Under the pieces are notes generated by a model. It had not been told where the DNA came from. It worked only from the letters and a program-made list of their open reading frames with translations, and did no database searches. Positions 26,938-39,540 of a stretch of DNA of 64,000 bases are shown here, piece after piece. The stretch's first letter is position 1, and every line of letters starts with the position of its first letter. A program made the position numbers and the translations under genes. Source of the DNA: Octopus sinensis (taxonomy: Eukaryota); NCBI RefSeq assembly GCF_006345805.1, contig NC_042998.1, positions 82,894,001 through 82,958,000 on the forward strand, read 5' to 3'.

Positions 26938-27440
26938 GTCCTAGAATTCCCTTGTATTAATGAATCGAATGTGTTACGAAAATATATTCGTCGTAAAGGA
27001 GAAGCTTTTGTCCGGCGACGAACACAACAGTGATTACTATATCTACGTTTGAATCTGGTGAAACGTATCAAGAATAAATATGCAAGTTATCATTTTGAAT
27101 CTCGCTATTCACCAAAAATATGATGATTTATTATTGGTTAGCAGATATCAGCACGGATCAGCGAATAGATTGTTTGCCTGAATTATGAACAAGACTGTCG
27201 ACTCTTATATTCATTGGGCCGACGGTGCTTCTGGCTGGCAAGACACATAATGTTGAAGCCTCAGAGTCCCAGAATCCCTTTTATTCATGAAATGAACGGG
27301 TTTTGATGACATATTCGTTGTAAAGGAGAAGCTGTTCTCTTCCGACGAACACAGCAACGATTAGCATACTCACGTTCGAATCTGCTGAAACATATTAACA
27401 ATAAATATTCAAGTCATCGTTTTGAATCTTGCTGTTCCTT
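26938..27440. repeat. Diverged direct repeat (~170 bp; 26938-27110 and 27265-27438)
   Basis: Shared ATATTCGT(C/T)GTAAAGGAGAAGCT...CGACGAACACA...TTTTGAATCT. Confidence 0.7.
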
Positions 27441-28332
27441 TTAATTCACGTTGCTTAATTCTTTAAATTTTACTCAGAAATTACCAAAATACAAGACATC
27501 AAAGATTGTTACCATTCATTTATTAATCGTAGTGTCAAGACCTTGAAATTCAATAATATGCAAATTTGCCTTTACTTCAGGTACAAACTCATTGTGAAGC
27601 TTTCACTTTCCTGTGCAACAATTTGCATTCAAACTGAAATAACTGGCATAGCTGTCGATCGATATTTCTAGTATTCTAAGGAGTTATCTTCAGAAATATT
27701 CGTTATAACCTCTGTTTGTATTTAATGCTGCTGAATCTAACTCAACCATAAAATTCGTTGGGACACTTCGTGCAATCAGAGAATTACAGCTGATTTATTT
27801 CGGAGCTAAAAAGTTATAATCAAATAGTTATAACGAGCGACGAAAAATCCGAATCGTAGACACCAATGTATAATGTGTTCCAAGAATATCTAAAATTATC
27901 TGCCAAGAAATGCTAATAAAGTTTTACCGTCTTAACATCCGTGACAAATCTATTATTAAAAGCATCTGTCTTGTTTTAGAGTTAAATTTGACGAACACAT
28001 AAACTTCATTCTACACGTACATTAATTGATCGGTTATTTATTCAGTTCTCCATAAGACTAAGAAATTACTTAATCGTAATCTATTCAGGAGTCGGGTTAA
28101 CTCCATTGTTATTCCTCAAATTGTCTGCTGTAATTCCTTTTTTCGTCTTACAATAATGAAACACAACAGCGAGAAATATTAAAACAGGGTTTGTATTAAT
28201 ATTATATTATATTCGAATAGCATTTCATTTATGTGTGTCTGTATGTATGTATGTATGTATGTATGTATGTATGTATGTATGTATGTATGTATCTATGTAT
28301 GTATGTATGTATGCAAGTATGTACGTATGTAT

Positions 28333-30235
28333 ATGTGCAGATTTGTACGTCTTTTATGTATATATTCTCATGCATATAATTACATATCTAGACATGTTCA
28401 TATACACTTCTGGAAAGTTTTACAGATTTTTACAGTTCCAGTGATAGATTGGATCTGTAGTCATCGAATTAGCTTTCTCCTTTCTGGTGTTGAGAAGCCT
28501 AATTTCTCAAGATTGGTATTTAGGCAGCGTGTTACATATCTCATGGCCCCAATAATTACAGGTATAAACCTTAACTTGAAATCAGGATAGAGTAACTGCA
28601 GATTCCACAATAGTTCAGCATAGGTATTTTTTTTTTTACTGATCTTCAACTTTATGTTAACATCCGTTGGGCTGCTAATTTCCACAATTGTGTAGTTTCT
28701 CTTCTCTGTCCCAAATAATTATATCAAGTCTCTTGTGATAACATTTTATTGGGGTTTTCACTAGGACATTCGACCAGTACTCCTTTTTATTATGAGTGGC
28801 TATACCTTCTACCATACTGTGGGTTCACATTTCTTTGTCCTCGGAATTATCTTTCCAACGGATTTCATTATAGAGTGCCCTAGCTACAACATCATGTCTC
28901 ATCGGTAGATAATACCGTGATGACATTTTCGGACAAATGCTTACGATGTGGATGATATCTTCGGTGTTAACTCCACAAAGTCTGCATCGGTTGTCACATT
29001 CTACTGCTCTTCCTGCATCTCTCTGCTTTTTGTGCATCAGGTATTTGGTTGAAATTTCCCGTTCATGGATTGCAAATTCATACCCTTCAAAGTGGGAGGT
29101 AGTAATCCGGTTATTCGTCTATGATAGACTGCTTTGATGATCGATGTTATTATCATCTCGGAGCTTTGTATTAAATATCCATACATAGTCTTCTGCTCAT
29201 ATATGTTCATCCTTTCATCTGATGATACGTTGCGGTAGAGTCATGCAACTTCTTTGGACATGTATTTAAGGTTATTAGACAAGGAATGTTGCTCAAGGAG
29301 CTGCCTTACGGGTCTTATGATGTTATCATTCTCATGTAAGCAAACTTGGTCAAGGGATGCACTTCAACACTTGGTAGTTACAAGATGTTGCCGAAGGGAT
29401 ATGGTACCACATTCAAAAGCATTTTGGATTGACGTTAAGCCTCTGCCGCCTTGTTTTCGTTTTAGGTAGAGATGGTTTACGTCACTGTTTATGTGGAAAT
29501 TATGTGTACTTGTTAGTATTTTTCGGGTTTCACCTCAATGGCTCGGATCTCATTAAACGTCCAATCAAGCAGCCCAAATGTTGGTACGAGTATTGGCAAT
29601 GCAAACACATTGTGGGCCAATGCTTTATTGAATGCAGAGTTCTGAGATCCAAATTTTCTTTATTCAGCTGTAATATTTTTTAGTGACACGTGTTTTGTTA
29701 CAGGTGCCATTGTTAGATGTGCTTTCATCCACCACTAAATAGCTGTAGCATTCCTCATCAGATATAGGGGAAACAGTCAAGTCATTGATGGAGATGTTGC
29801 TAGTCTAGTTTACAGTTTTCGCCCTTTTCACAATCATATAACAACATTTGTCCTGACCAAACTCCAACCCTACTTCCTTTGAAAATGTTGTAACTAGGTC
29901 AAAGCTCTTTTTCATCTCGTGCATATTCTTTGCATAAAGTTTCAAGTCATCCACAAAGAAATAATGTGTAATTTTAGTATTTCTGTTTCCTTGTGAACCA
30001 GTGAGATATTCTTCAGACTGCTTAACATGAATGACAAGGGGTTTACAGAAAATATAAACATCACAGACAGGCTGTCTCCTTGGAATATGCCTTTGCGATA
30101 CTGTATTCTATCAGTGATAATACAGTCACTCTTTGTGTTCAATTTCAAGATGGTGGCCCACAATGAAGTCAGGTCATCTATGGCTTTGACTATTTTCAAT
30201 AGAACTTTAGCAAGTTGAAAGGCTTCCAGCATCCA
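28333..30235 (-). mobile_element. 5'-truncated R4-clade (RLE) non-LTR retrotransposon within (CATA)n
   Basis: Disrupted ORF with RT motifs GIFQGDSLS and FFVDDLK, CCHC knuckle CRLC...EDIIHIVSIC, RHD, RLE C-terminus PVIIGA...LQIQSITGTVKICKTF; TATG repeats at both junctions. Confidence 0.92.
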
Positions 30236-30502
30236 TGTATGTATGTATGTATGTATGTATTACGTACATAAGTATATATGTAAGTATGTAGGTATGTATG
30301 TTTGTATGTATGTGTGTGTATGTCTGTATTTCTGTATGTATGTATGTATGTATGTATGTATAAGATTCGGACAAAAACTGTGTAGAATTATGCAAAGCTA
30401 GTCCACATTTATAGGCTACCTGCTGTCATCTTTCAGTAGAAATGCTCCTGCTACTGGATATATATCAGGAATTCCATAGTATCCGTAGAGTTTATATGAA
30501 TA

Positions 30503-30873
30503 GGTAAACGATAGAAAAAAGAATGAACGACATTCTTTATTTAAAAATCACTACAACTGTTTTGACACGTTTCTGCACTCGTAGTACATTATTGAGAGGT
30601 TGCATCCAAGGTATAAAATGTGCCTCCTTAGGTAATTCTTTAAATAAGTCCATTGTTAGATCCAACCGTCTTTTCACCCATTCTCACGCTGAGTGAAATG
30701 ACGGTAAGATCTAACGAAGGGCTTATTTAAACAGTCACCTGAGGTGGTGCATTTTAAACCCTGGCTGCATGATAATGATTACACAACCTCTCGCCAATGC
30801 ACTACGAGTGTAGAAATGTGTTGAAACAATTGTAGTGAATTTTTTAAACGTTCATTCCATTTTCTATCATTTA
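30503..30873. mobile_element. Fold-back element with degenerate hammerhead motif in each arm
   Basis: ~170-bp imperfect arms; right arm TCAC-CTGAGGT...GAAAC-AATT-GTA-GTGA. Confidence 0.7.
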
Positions 30874-32202
30874 TCTATATGTGTTTGTGTTGTGTGTGTA
30901 TCTACGTGTGTATGTCTATGTATCTGTGTGTGCATGTGTAGTTATGTAAGTTGGTATGTATGCATGAATGCATATAAGCATGCATGTATGTGTGTGTGTA
31001 TATGTGTGTGTGCGTGCATATATATGTATGTGCATGTGTGTGTAAGTATGATATATTATATTATATTACAATGACTATATCTCCAGATATGTAAATAGTA
31101 TAAAACACAAAAAAGTTGGATAACGACGCAACTACAAATGTGCTCTCGTTTCTCACGTAGCTGCACTATATGTTGCTTTGCATTCAACAATTTTGATAAG
31201 ATAGAAATTTGACTAAGAGCCTGGCAAAATGCTTTCTTAACAACGAAAGTCCTGCTACACGTGGATATGTTTAGATTAATGTCTCGTTATGTCAGGAACA
31301 ACATTTTGTGTCTCAAAGAACCATATTGAGATCTTCAACACATGCAACTGCTTGTCACATGGACGCGCCTGATCTTTATGCAAGCTAATATTGGCAAGCG
31401 TTACGTGGGATGGTATTAACAATGATACCCGAGCATGGGTCTGAAACTCCATCGCATTTCAGACAGCAAAAGTACATTGCTGCATGTAGTCGCCACTGAG
31501 CACCGATGCGAGACCTGGGTATATATATGCCTATGTTGTGGTACTACTTCCTTCTTCACGTCGATATAGATAACAGCTCACCACTATCAGCAGGTCCACA
31601 AGAGTGCCGAGGTTATTCCACTAGCCAGCATGGTTATCCCACTGGCCGACATGGTTTCTGAGACTTCTATATAGCCCTGTGTACCAGACGTGGTACAGTC
31701 TACCATCATAACTAATAGAGAAAGACAGTTCAAGTTCAACGTCGTTTCAAATCAGCACTGAAATCCTATATAGACTCCAGCAGGTTGTGCGAGTGCTTTC
31801 TTCTTGTAATACTACTACTAGGTATGCATTCTACGGTGGAAGATAAGAGCTGGACGTACTCCAGACGAACTTTTATAAAAGCAACATCAGCAAGTTACCA
31901 GGACAACTGTTGCACTTAGTTTTCCTATTTCAATATTTGACTCATTTAACTATATTCAGTAACTACATGAGCACATTACCAACTATCCCTCAATCACAAC
32001 GGATTTCATCTTCGATATAGATCAAGCACAAGTAACCTTTTTTCCGAGAAGCGAGTCACATAAGACATAACTCATAACTAAAAAAATTGAAGGTAATTTT
32101 TCGTTAGGTGTACCATTAAGAAAAATTCTGTGTGTCACAGTTTGAGGTTAAGCCGTAACGCTTACTCGGCTGTTCAGTGATTCGCTTTCGATTCCTCTAT
32201 AC

Positions 32203-32399
32203 CAGCGCTTCTTAAACTTTTTTCATTCATCACCTCGTTTTTTATCACGAAATTTTTCGTGACCCCAAGTATTAAATATGAAATAAAACATACAAATAAA
32301 TACATAAATCATTTTTTTTTTGCTGAACAATATACATATGAAAAAATTAGTTATATTATTTGTCAAAATAAAAGTAGTTTAGCGTACGCTTGAAGGAAA

Positions 32400-32498
<99 letters not shown>

Positions 32499-35400
32499 AT
32501 ATATACATAAATACGGACGTAGCAGATAACAGCTAGTCTTCGGCCGCCCTTTTGGACCCTGTTGCGTCCACTACTCTGATTGGTTGGTATTGGCGCAACC
32601 TGTCTCTTGCTCTATTGCGCGCCAGTATGCAATCCAACCAATCGTAGCCTTCTGATAAGGTCATGTGAGATGGTCTCTTCAAAACCAAGAAAAGCGACCC
32701 CAAGGGGATAAATAAAGAGGCGGCATTGCCGCCCAAGGAGGCTGTTACACAGCCACTGACCGCCTCTGACAGTAAAAAGGACAGTAACAATGACCCCAAG
32801 ACAAAATACAAAGAGGCGGCACTCCCGGCCAGAGAGGCCGTTACACAGAGAGTGACCGCCTCAACAAGTAAAAACGACCCCAAGAGGAAAGAGGAAGAAA
32901 CAATGCACACAGCCAAGGAGGTGACCGCCTGCACTAGTGGGAAATGCCTCGAAAAATCAGAATGAGTTGAGACACTGTCTACTGAAAATATGGATTTCCA
33001 GACGGTGCCACGAAAGAGAACTAACAAAATGGTGTCGCCTACGGAGACACAGGAAGAGGTTTCAAAAAACAAAATCATTAAGAAACCAAATCTGAACGAA
33101 AAAAGGAAAAAGAACCTATTCGCGGCAATAAAAATTGAGATTCCGGTAAAAAAAAAAAAAAAAGACACGGTGACAGTTGCATACAAAAGCAACAATACAT
33201 ATCTGGACGGGGTCATCAGACCCAGCGACGATACGAATCTATATGTTAATGACTACAAAATGAGCCCAGTTACAGTGGGAAAAATCTCCAGAACACTATA
33301 CAATGACCTAAAAAAAAAGGCACCCTAATGACATTGGTGCGTTAGAACTTCCTGAGGTATTGTTCGGTTTGCCAGGATTTCCCCCTGTCCCCGCTACTGT
33401 ACGTATTGGCTCTTGATCCACTGCTGCGGAGGCTGGGGAATTTGGGAAAAGTCCCGCGTGATCTGTGTAACGGAAGAAATGCGACGGCATATGCGGATGA
33501 TGTCGCTATCATCGTGTCTGATGAAGGGCAGCTACTTCCTGTAGAGGACGCCATCAAAGGATACGAGACAGCGGCAGGGGCTAAAATTAACCAGGAGAAA
33601 TCAGTCGGCTTTGAACTCGGCACCTGGCGTGGCAAGTCGACGCCTCCCAATAGCGTCGTCAGTTAAAATGATCGGGACCAGATCTCCAGGTGGAGACGAA
33701 CTGGAGCGAGGTAGCGAGCAGGATGACGGTCATAACCCAGACTTGGTCTGAGGAGACGTTATCCTTGTTAGGAAGGGCCGAGGTTGCACAGGTGTTTATA
33801 GCATCAGTGATAACCTACCGCCTAACCATCGTGTCTTGCCCCGGTTTGTGCCTCAACAAGTTGGAACGGATCCTTTTCCGCTTTTTGTGGAGAGGGAAAA
33901 CGCCACTTGTGAGGCGTTCCATCTGCTGCCAAAAACCGTTAAAGGGTGGGCTGGGGATGCCTTGGCTGATGATGCACAAGTACGCGCTGAGGCTGAGACA
34001 TCTCCGGTGCTACCTGGATGGTGAGCAGGTGTGGTCACCGCATGCCAAGCAGATCTTTCCACAACTGAAATCCCCCAGGGTCTTAAGCACATGGATCAAG
34101 CAGAGACCTAGGGCGGGAGAATGGCAGAGTGAATGCAGACAAGCACTTACTCTTTTCTCTCGGGTGAGCAATGCTGGCCGCGGGGTTACCACTGCGGACT
34201 ATTATAGAAGGTTGGTAGAGCATAAGTCCGACGATGTCCTAGGGGAGGCTCTGGGCTTCGATGAGGAGCAGCTGACTAACCTGTTCGGAAGAACTTTCGG
34301 GCTGAGGTGTCTGGATAACTTTCAGAAATCCTTGGTCTGGTTGTGCTACAGATCGGCCTTACTGGTTCGAGAGAGGTTGTCTAGACATGGTTTTGACACC
34401 TCCCTCACGTGCCCGAGGTGCGGACGTGCCAGTGAAACGGTCACGCACGCCTTCGTACACAGTGAGGAGTTGAGGGAGTTGATAACCTATGTCGAACAGC
34501 TGATGTCGGATGCAGAAAGAGTACGGCTTTCGACTGAATCCATGATTAAGATCGTACCACCTTCTTCGTTCAGCAACGAAAAGAAGATATCATTTCTCTG
34601 CGTAGCTGCCATACTGAAAGAGACGGTATGGCGACTCGAGTGAAAGGGATTGCGACAGGCCAATTCATCTCCGGACGCGGGCTGATATATTATTTCAACT
34701 ACTACCTGTCACGAAAAATCCGTCTGGAGAAGAGGAGTCTGTCGCAAAGTACGTTCGGGAAAAGATAGATGACAGTAGTAAGAAAGTTGAGAATGAATGG
34801 GGCCGTGCTAGTATAGCCGGTCAAAACAAAAAGGAAGGGAAAAAACCGGCGGGTTAACCTTATAAAATAACCCAGAACATCATTTTATTTTTAATTGTAT
34901 AAATTTTATTAAATCATCCTCATTCGATTCTATAAATTTTTCATCTCATTGTAACTAAAACCGCTTTTTGTAAGAATGTCAATGTCTGTCCCTTGTTATG
35001 TCTCCTCTATGTATACCTTTCATAGGTAAATAAAGAAATTCTTTCGGTTTCAGACCTTTTAAGGTCTAGCCACTGACCACACTGGACACAGCTAGTTCCA
35101 ACGGCAACACAACAGTATCACATGGAGACTCATCAACTTCGTCCAGTAGCATTCAGGACCTCCATCTCTGTCGCCACCATTCGTCCTAACATCAACATCA
35201 TCTCTCTACGTACACAGCAACAGGCAACGTTCACACAGGTTCTAACACAACACTGTTTGTGAATCTCATCACCATGGTTAACAGCAAATACAACCTGCGA
35301 GACCTTCCTGTACCAAGTGACTGGCAGCAGCATCGTAGCCTCAACTTCTTGTACGACATGTACCTCAACCGGCTCTGCATTACTACCACAACTTCTTGAT

Positions 35401-35773
35401 ACAGCGTTTCAACTATTGTGTACCTTGACTACGAACTGGTATTTATCATCCTTGTGTCTGAACATTCTTCTAGCGTCATATTATAGACTCTTTCAATGCT
35501 CTGTACTTATTGCACACGCATACATCCATGTTTGTACCCACACGCTTAATTCTCACGACGGCCTGTCTATTATTATATATACATATGACGCACACACATG
35601 TTAACATATAAATAAAATCTTCTCTTAAAAATTCTACCCGGTTGTGTCTCTCTTTTCCTTCTGGCACATATACGCATTTATTTCTTATCATATTTATTGT
35701 ATGAAATTCAAGTGTTTGAATTTAATTTTCGCGACTCCAAATGGGGTCACGACCCATAGTTTAAGAAGCGCTG
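32203..35773. mobile_element. Non-autonomous hAT element containing a nested LINE
   Basis: Perfect 16-bp TIRs CAGCGCTTCTTAAACT / AGTTTAAGAAGCGCTG and perfect 8-bp TSD CTCTATAC (32195-32202, 35774-35781). Confidence 0.92.
32515..35040 (+). mobile_element. Internally deleted Tx1/L1-clade LINE
   Basis: ORF1-like K/E-rich remnant (~32660-33328), then RT (PLLYVLALDPLLRRL, AYADDV), GGLGMP and CPRC...ETVTHA; endonuclease and RT N-terminus missing; 3'UTR ends AATAAAGAAAT; starts next to (TC)n. Confidence 0.9.
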
Positions 35774-35942
35774 CTCTATACTATAAATTAATTCTATAAT
35801 CGCATGTACGAATTGTTTAGAGTTAGATATTAAAATAGTAGCATACAACTTATATATGTGTCTATATTTATATGTGAGTGCCCATATTTTACATACAAAA
35901 TTGAACTTATATTCTTTTATATATCTAGTAATTCATAGATTC

Positions 35943-36132
35943 TTTTCTACTCTAAGCACAAGGCCCGAATTTTAGGGGGAGGGGGCCAGTCGATTAGATC
36001 GACCCCAGTACGCAACTGGTACTTAATTTATCGACCCCGAAAGGCAGAATTTGAACTCAGAACGTAGCGACGGGTGAAATGCAGCTAAGGATTTCATCCG
36101 ACGTGCTAACGATTCTGCCAGCTCGCCGCCTT
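35943..36132 (-). mobile_element. tRNA-derived Meta-domain-like SINE
   Basis: GGCGGCGAGCTGGCAGAA head, CTTTCGGGGTCGATAAATTAAGTACCAG core; 17-bp TSD TAGTAATTCATAGATTC. Confidence 0.88.
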
Positions 36133-36561
36133 TAGTAATTCATAGATTCGTTATGCAAACTATATTTTTTGTGCTTGAATTATATCATTACAATGAACTT
36201 CAAAATATGCATAAAGAATGAGATCTTCTACTGAACACGTTCTGTGTTTAGTACATGTATTACAAAAGTATTACTTGCATTGCTGATCGAACCACTAAAT
36301 ACAATGACTAAATCTTGCTTAGATTACACTCTACCATCTGAAGAACAAATATCACATTACGAGGTGGGAGCGCTAAGCAGTGATATGTATTAATACAATG
36401 TTATTACAGGTTCAAATATGCCAGTCGCAAGTACGAACTCGTAAGCAAACCATTCACTGTGTTTAATCATTTTCTTGCTGTAGACAAATGTAGACACCTA
36501 AATCAGCTCGCAGCGCCACCAATCCAGACTGTGGTTATCTCTCAGCACTACCGTCTGGTTT

Positions 36562-36609
36562 CTGTGACTGAAGAGGAGATAACCACTCCGAAATGCTTGC
36601 ATCTCACAG
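36562..36609 (+). ncRNA. Type I hammerhead ribozyme (complete core)
   Basis: CTGTGA-CTGAAGA-GGAG-ATAACCA-CTCC-GAAA-TGC-TT-GCA-TC-TCACAG: helix I 6 bp, helix II 4 bp, short helix III, AUC cleavage triplet. Confidence 0.85.
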
Positions 36610-36699
36610 TCTGGGTAGGTGGCACTGTGAGCTGATTTAAGTGTATTTACAGTAAAACTATATTTTTTTATTATTTTTATAATTTGTATATATTTATTT

Positions 36700-37332
36700 G
36701 GATCTTTGCCTTTTGAACGGCAGACAATTTCTAGTTAACTAAACACTTTAAAACTTCGTATACTGGTAGAATGTATCAAAATAAAACATTTTTTTCTCTT
36801 GGCTTTCTTGAGAAAATTGTAATTTGTTTGTTTAACATAGTTTAATTTTTCGAATTTTAACCACTCCTATGCTCTCTTTTGAGCTAAAATCATTTGCTGC
36901 GTCTAAAACTGAGACAACATCCTGTAACTAACCCTAAACCTCCCCCCTAACCCAAACCCTAAATTTTTTTTTCTTAATTGTTAAATTAATTTAATTGTTA
37001 CACCTGTAAAAAATTCTAAAGCAATGGAATTAAATTAATTTAACAATTAAGAAAAAAAATTAGGGTTAGGGGGAAGGTTTAGGGTTAGTTACAGGATGTT
37101 GTCTCAGTTTTAGACACAGCAAATGATTTTAGTTGAATGGAGGTAATCGATTGGTTAAAATTGCCGAAATGCTTGGATTTTCAGACGAAATATCTTACAA
37201 ACTATAGAATTTTCTCAATAAAACCAAGAGAAAATGATGTTTTATAAACACATTCTACCAGTATACGAAGTTTAAAAGTGTTTAGTTAACTACAAATTGT
37301 GTTGACATCTGCCATTCAAAAGGAAAAGATCC
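36700..37332. mobile_element. Palindromic MITE (MULE/Foldback-like) with internal telomere-like repeats
   Basis: ~290-bp arms starting GGATCTTT; 8-bp TSD ATTTATTT; TAACCC/GGGTTA-like units near the centre. Confidence 0.85.
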
Positions 37333-37617
37333 ATTTATTTTATTATAAATGTAAAACAACACCATGGAAAAATCGATGTAAGCTTAAATAATAAACCGCG
37401 ATATGGCGAGGGATTACTGTACACCATTCGTCAACAGCGAGAAATTTTCTCCATGACAAAACACAGTGAATGGCTTGTTTACGAGTTCAAACTTACCACT
37501 GGCATATTCGAACTGGTAATAACATTGCAAATATCACATTGTACAATGTCGCCCCCTGATATACAGGAAGATATGACTATCATGACTGAAACACTTGTTA
37601 GTTAGCTCTAACCCAAA

Positions 37618-37990
37618 GGCGGCGAGCTGGCAGAAATGTTAGTGGTATTTCTGAGTTCAAATTCCGCCAAGGTCGACTTTACCTTTCATCCTTTCGGGGT
37701 CAATTAAATAAGTACCAGTTACGCACTGGGGTCAATATAATCGACTTAATCTGTTTGTCTGTCCTTGTTTGTCCTCTCTGTGTTTAGCCCCTTGTGGGTA
37801 GTAAAGAAATAGATATTTCGACTGCCGTTATATCCTGAGTTCAAATTCCGCCGAGGTCGACTTTGCCTTTCATCTTTTCGGGATCGATAAATTAAGTACC
37901 AGTTGCGTACTGGAGTCGATGTAATCACCTTAATCCCTTTGTCCTTGTTTGTCCTCTCTATGCTTAGTCCCCTGTGAGCAATAAAGAAAT
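37618..37990 (+). mobile_element. Dimeric Meta-domain-like SINE with Tx1-like tail
   Basis: Two GTCGACTTT(A/G)CCTTTCATC cores, each ending ...TAAAGAAAT; 12-bp TSD TTAGCTCTAACC. Confidence 0.88.
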
Positions 37991-38574
37991 GAATTAGCTC
38001 TAACCTAGACCTAAACACCAATAAAAACACCATTTAAAAAATGTGAAAATTATAATTTTCAATGTTTTTTATTTTTTGTATTATCTAAAATTTATTTTAG
38101 TTATGCTTTAACTGTCTATTGCATTTCACACTTAAATTCTTCAGCTTATAAAGATGAACATTGGGTAACTGGACATATTCATTTATCACGTTTCCATAAC
38201 AACACACAGGTCATTTCTATCATGAACTGAACCACATCTGACCCAGATCATCCATCAAAGTTTATCTCCAGATAATTTACTGCCAAACACACTTTTTTTT
38301 ATTATTTGCAACACATTGTTATCCCTAAAATCTGCTTGGAAATTTTTATGTCAGATAGCTCAGTCAAATGAAATTGCCAGCATTTTTTTTTTGAGGGAGA
38401 GGATGTTTGTTTTTGATTTTTTTATTGTTTATTTTTTTTGTTGTTGTTTTGTGTTAGCTTTCTCTTCTTTTCTCTTCTTTTTTTTTGCTCAGGCTTTATC
38501 TAAGACTTTGCTGTTATTTAACAATTTCTTCATATAATTTTTAGTGTTGATCTGTTTTAATGAAGTATGAGATA

Positions 38575-38586
38575 AGTAGTAGCAGC

Positions 38587-38640
<54 letters not shown>

Positions 38641-38682
38641 GGTGGTGGTAGTAGTGGTAGTAGTAGTAGTAGTAGCAGCAGC
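38575..38682. repeat. (AGT)/(GGT)n trinucleotide microsatellite
   Basis: Direct. Confidence 0.95.
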
Positions 38683-39094
38683 ATTAGTATGGGAGAATGC
38701 ACGGTAACAGTGTGTCACTGTATCCACCATCTGCCTGTGATTCATTTCTCCTGGTGGATGACTCTTCTGCACCACTCAGGTGACAACCTTCCTACCCATT
38801 GGGAAGTTGTTAATGTGAGGATTTTATGAGGCTCATGTGCAAATCTTACCTCTACCTCTCTTAGTTGCCTTAAGATCATTAATTACAATCCAATAAATCT
38901 AAGTACAATAAGAGTGATGCTTTTCTTGGCAGGATCAGAACAGAAAACAGAAAGGGCAAGAACTAAAAACCTGAACCATCTTGATATCAATCCCTGATTC
39001 TATGATTAAAAAAATCCTTCTTTCAAAGTTATCTGAATTAAAACTTTTCATAAAAATTTCATGTTAATTTGTGTTCCAATCACCAGCAACATAA

Positions 39095-39540
39095 TCTTTT
39101 CTTCTCTAGGCACAAGGATCCGAAATTTGGGGTGGGGGGGTAGTCGATTATATCGACCCCAGTATGCAACTGGTACTTAATTTATCGACTCCTAAAGAGA
39201 TGAAAAGCAAAGTCGACCTCAGCGGAATTTGAACTCAGAACACAAAGACAGGCGAAATACCGCTAAGCATTTCGCCTGGTGTGCTAACATTTTTGCCAGC
39301 TCGCCGGCTTCGCAGTGATATATTATTCTTTCTACTCTATGCACGAGGCTCGAAATTTTGGGGGAGAGGGCCAGTCAATTAGATTGACCCCAGTATGCAA
39401 CTAGTACTTAATTTATCAACCCCAAAAGGATGAAAAGCAAAGTCGGACACAGTGGAATTTGAACTCAGAACATAAAGACAGATGAAATACCATTGAGCAT
39501 TTCACCTAGTGTGCTAACGTTTCTGCCAACTCACCACCTG
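39095..39540 (-). mobile_element. Two tandem Meta-domain-like SINEs
   Basis: Same family as 35943-36132; further copies at ~60265-60460, 60645-60858 and 61125-61337. Confidence 0.85.

Larger units (their letters stand above)
36359..37527. mobile_element. Fold-back element carrying a hammerhead ribozyme, interrupted by a MITE
   Basis: Inverted arms 36396-36465 / 37458-37527, inner arms around 36480-36655; 13-bp direct repeat CAAATATCACATT at 36346-36358 and 37528-37540. Confidence 0.7.

Noticed and set aside
26902-26946. Hammerhead-like TTGACGAG...GAAACACTGGTGTC
   Set aside because: Core C missing and helices I and II poorly paired; cannot be distinguished from chance.
26950-28150. Possible ancient hAT transposase remnant on the minus strand
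   Set aside because: Only a frameshifted LAYL..D.F-like hint; insufficient without a profile search.
32533-33216. 227-aa minus-strand ORF
   Set aside because: Antisense shadow of the Tx1 ORF1-like region.
36925-37092. Telomere or telomere fusion site
   Set aside because: Few degenerate units, symmetrically embedded in a TSD-flanked palindromic element.
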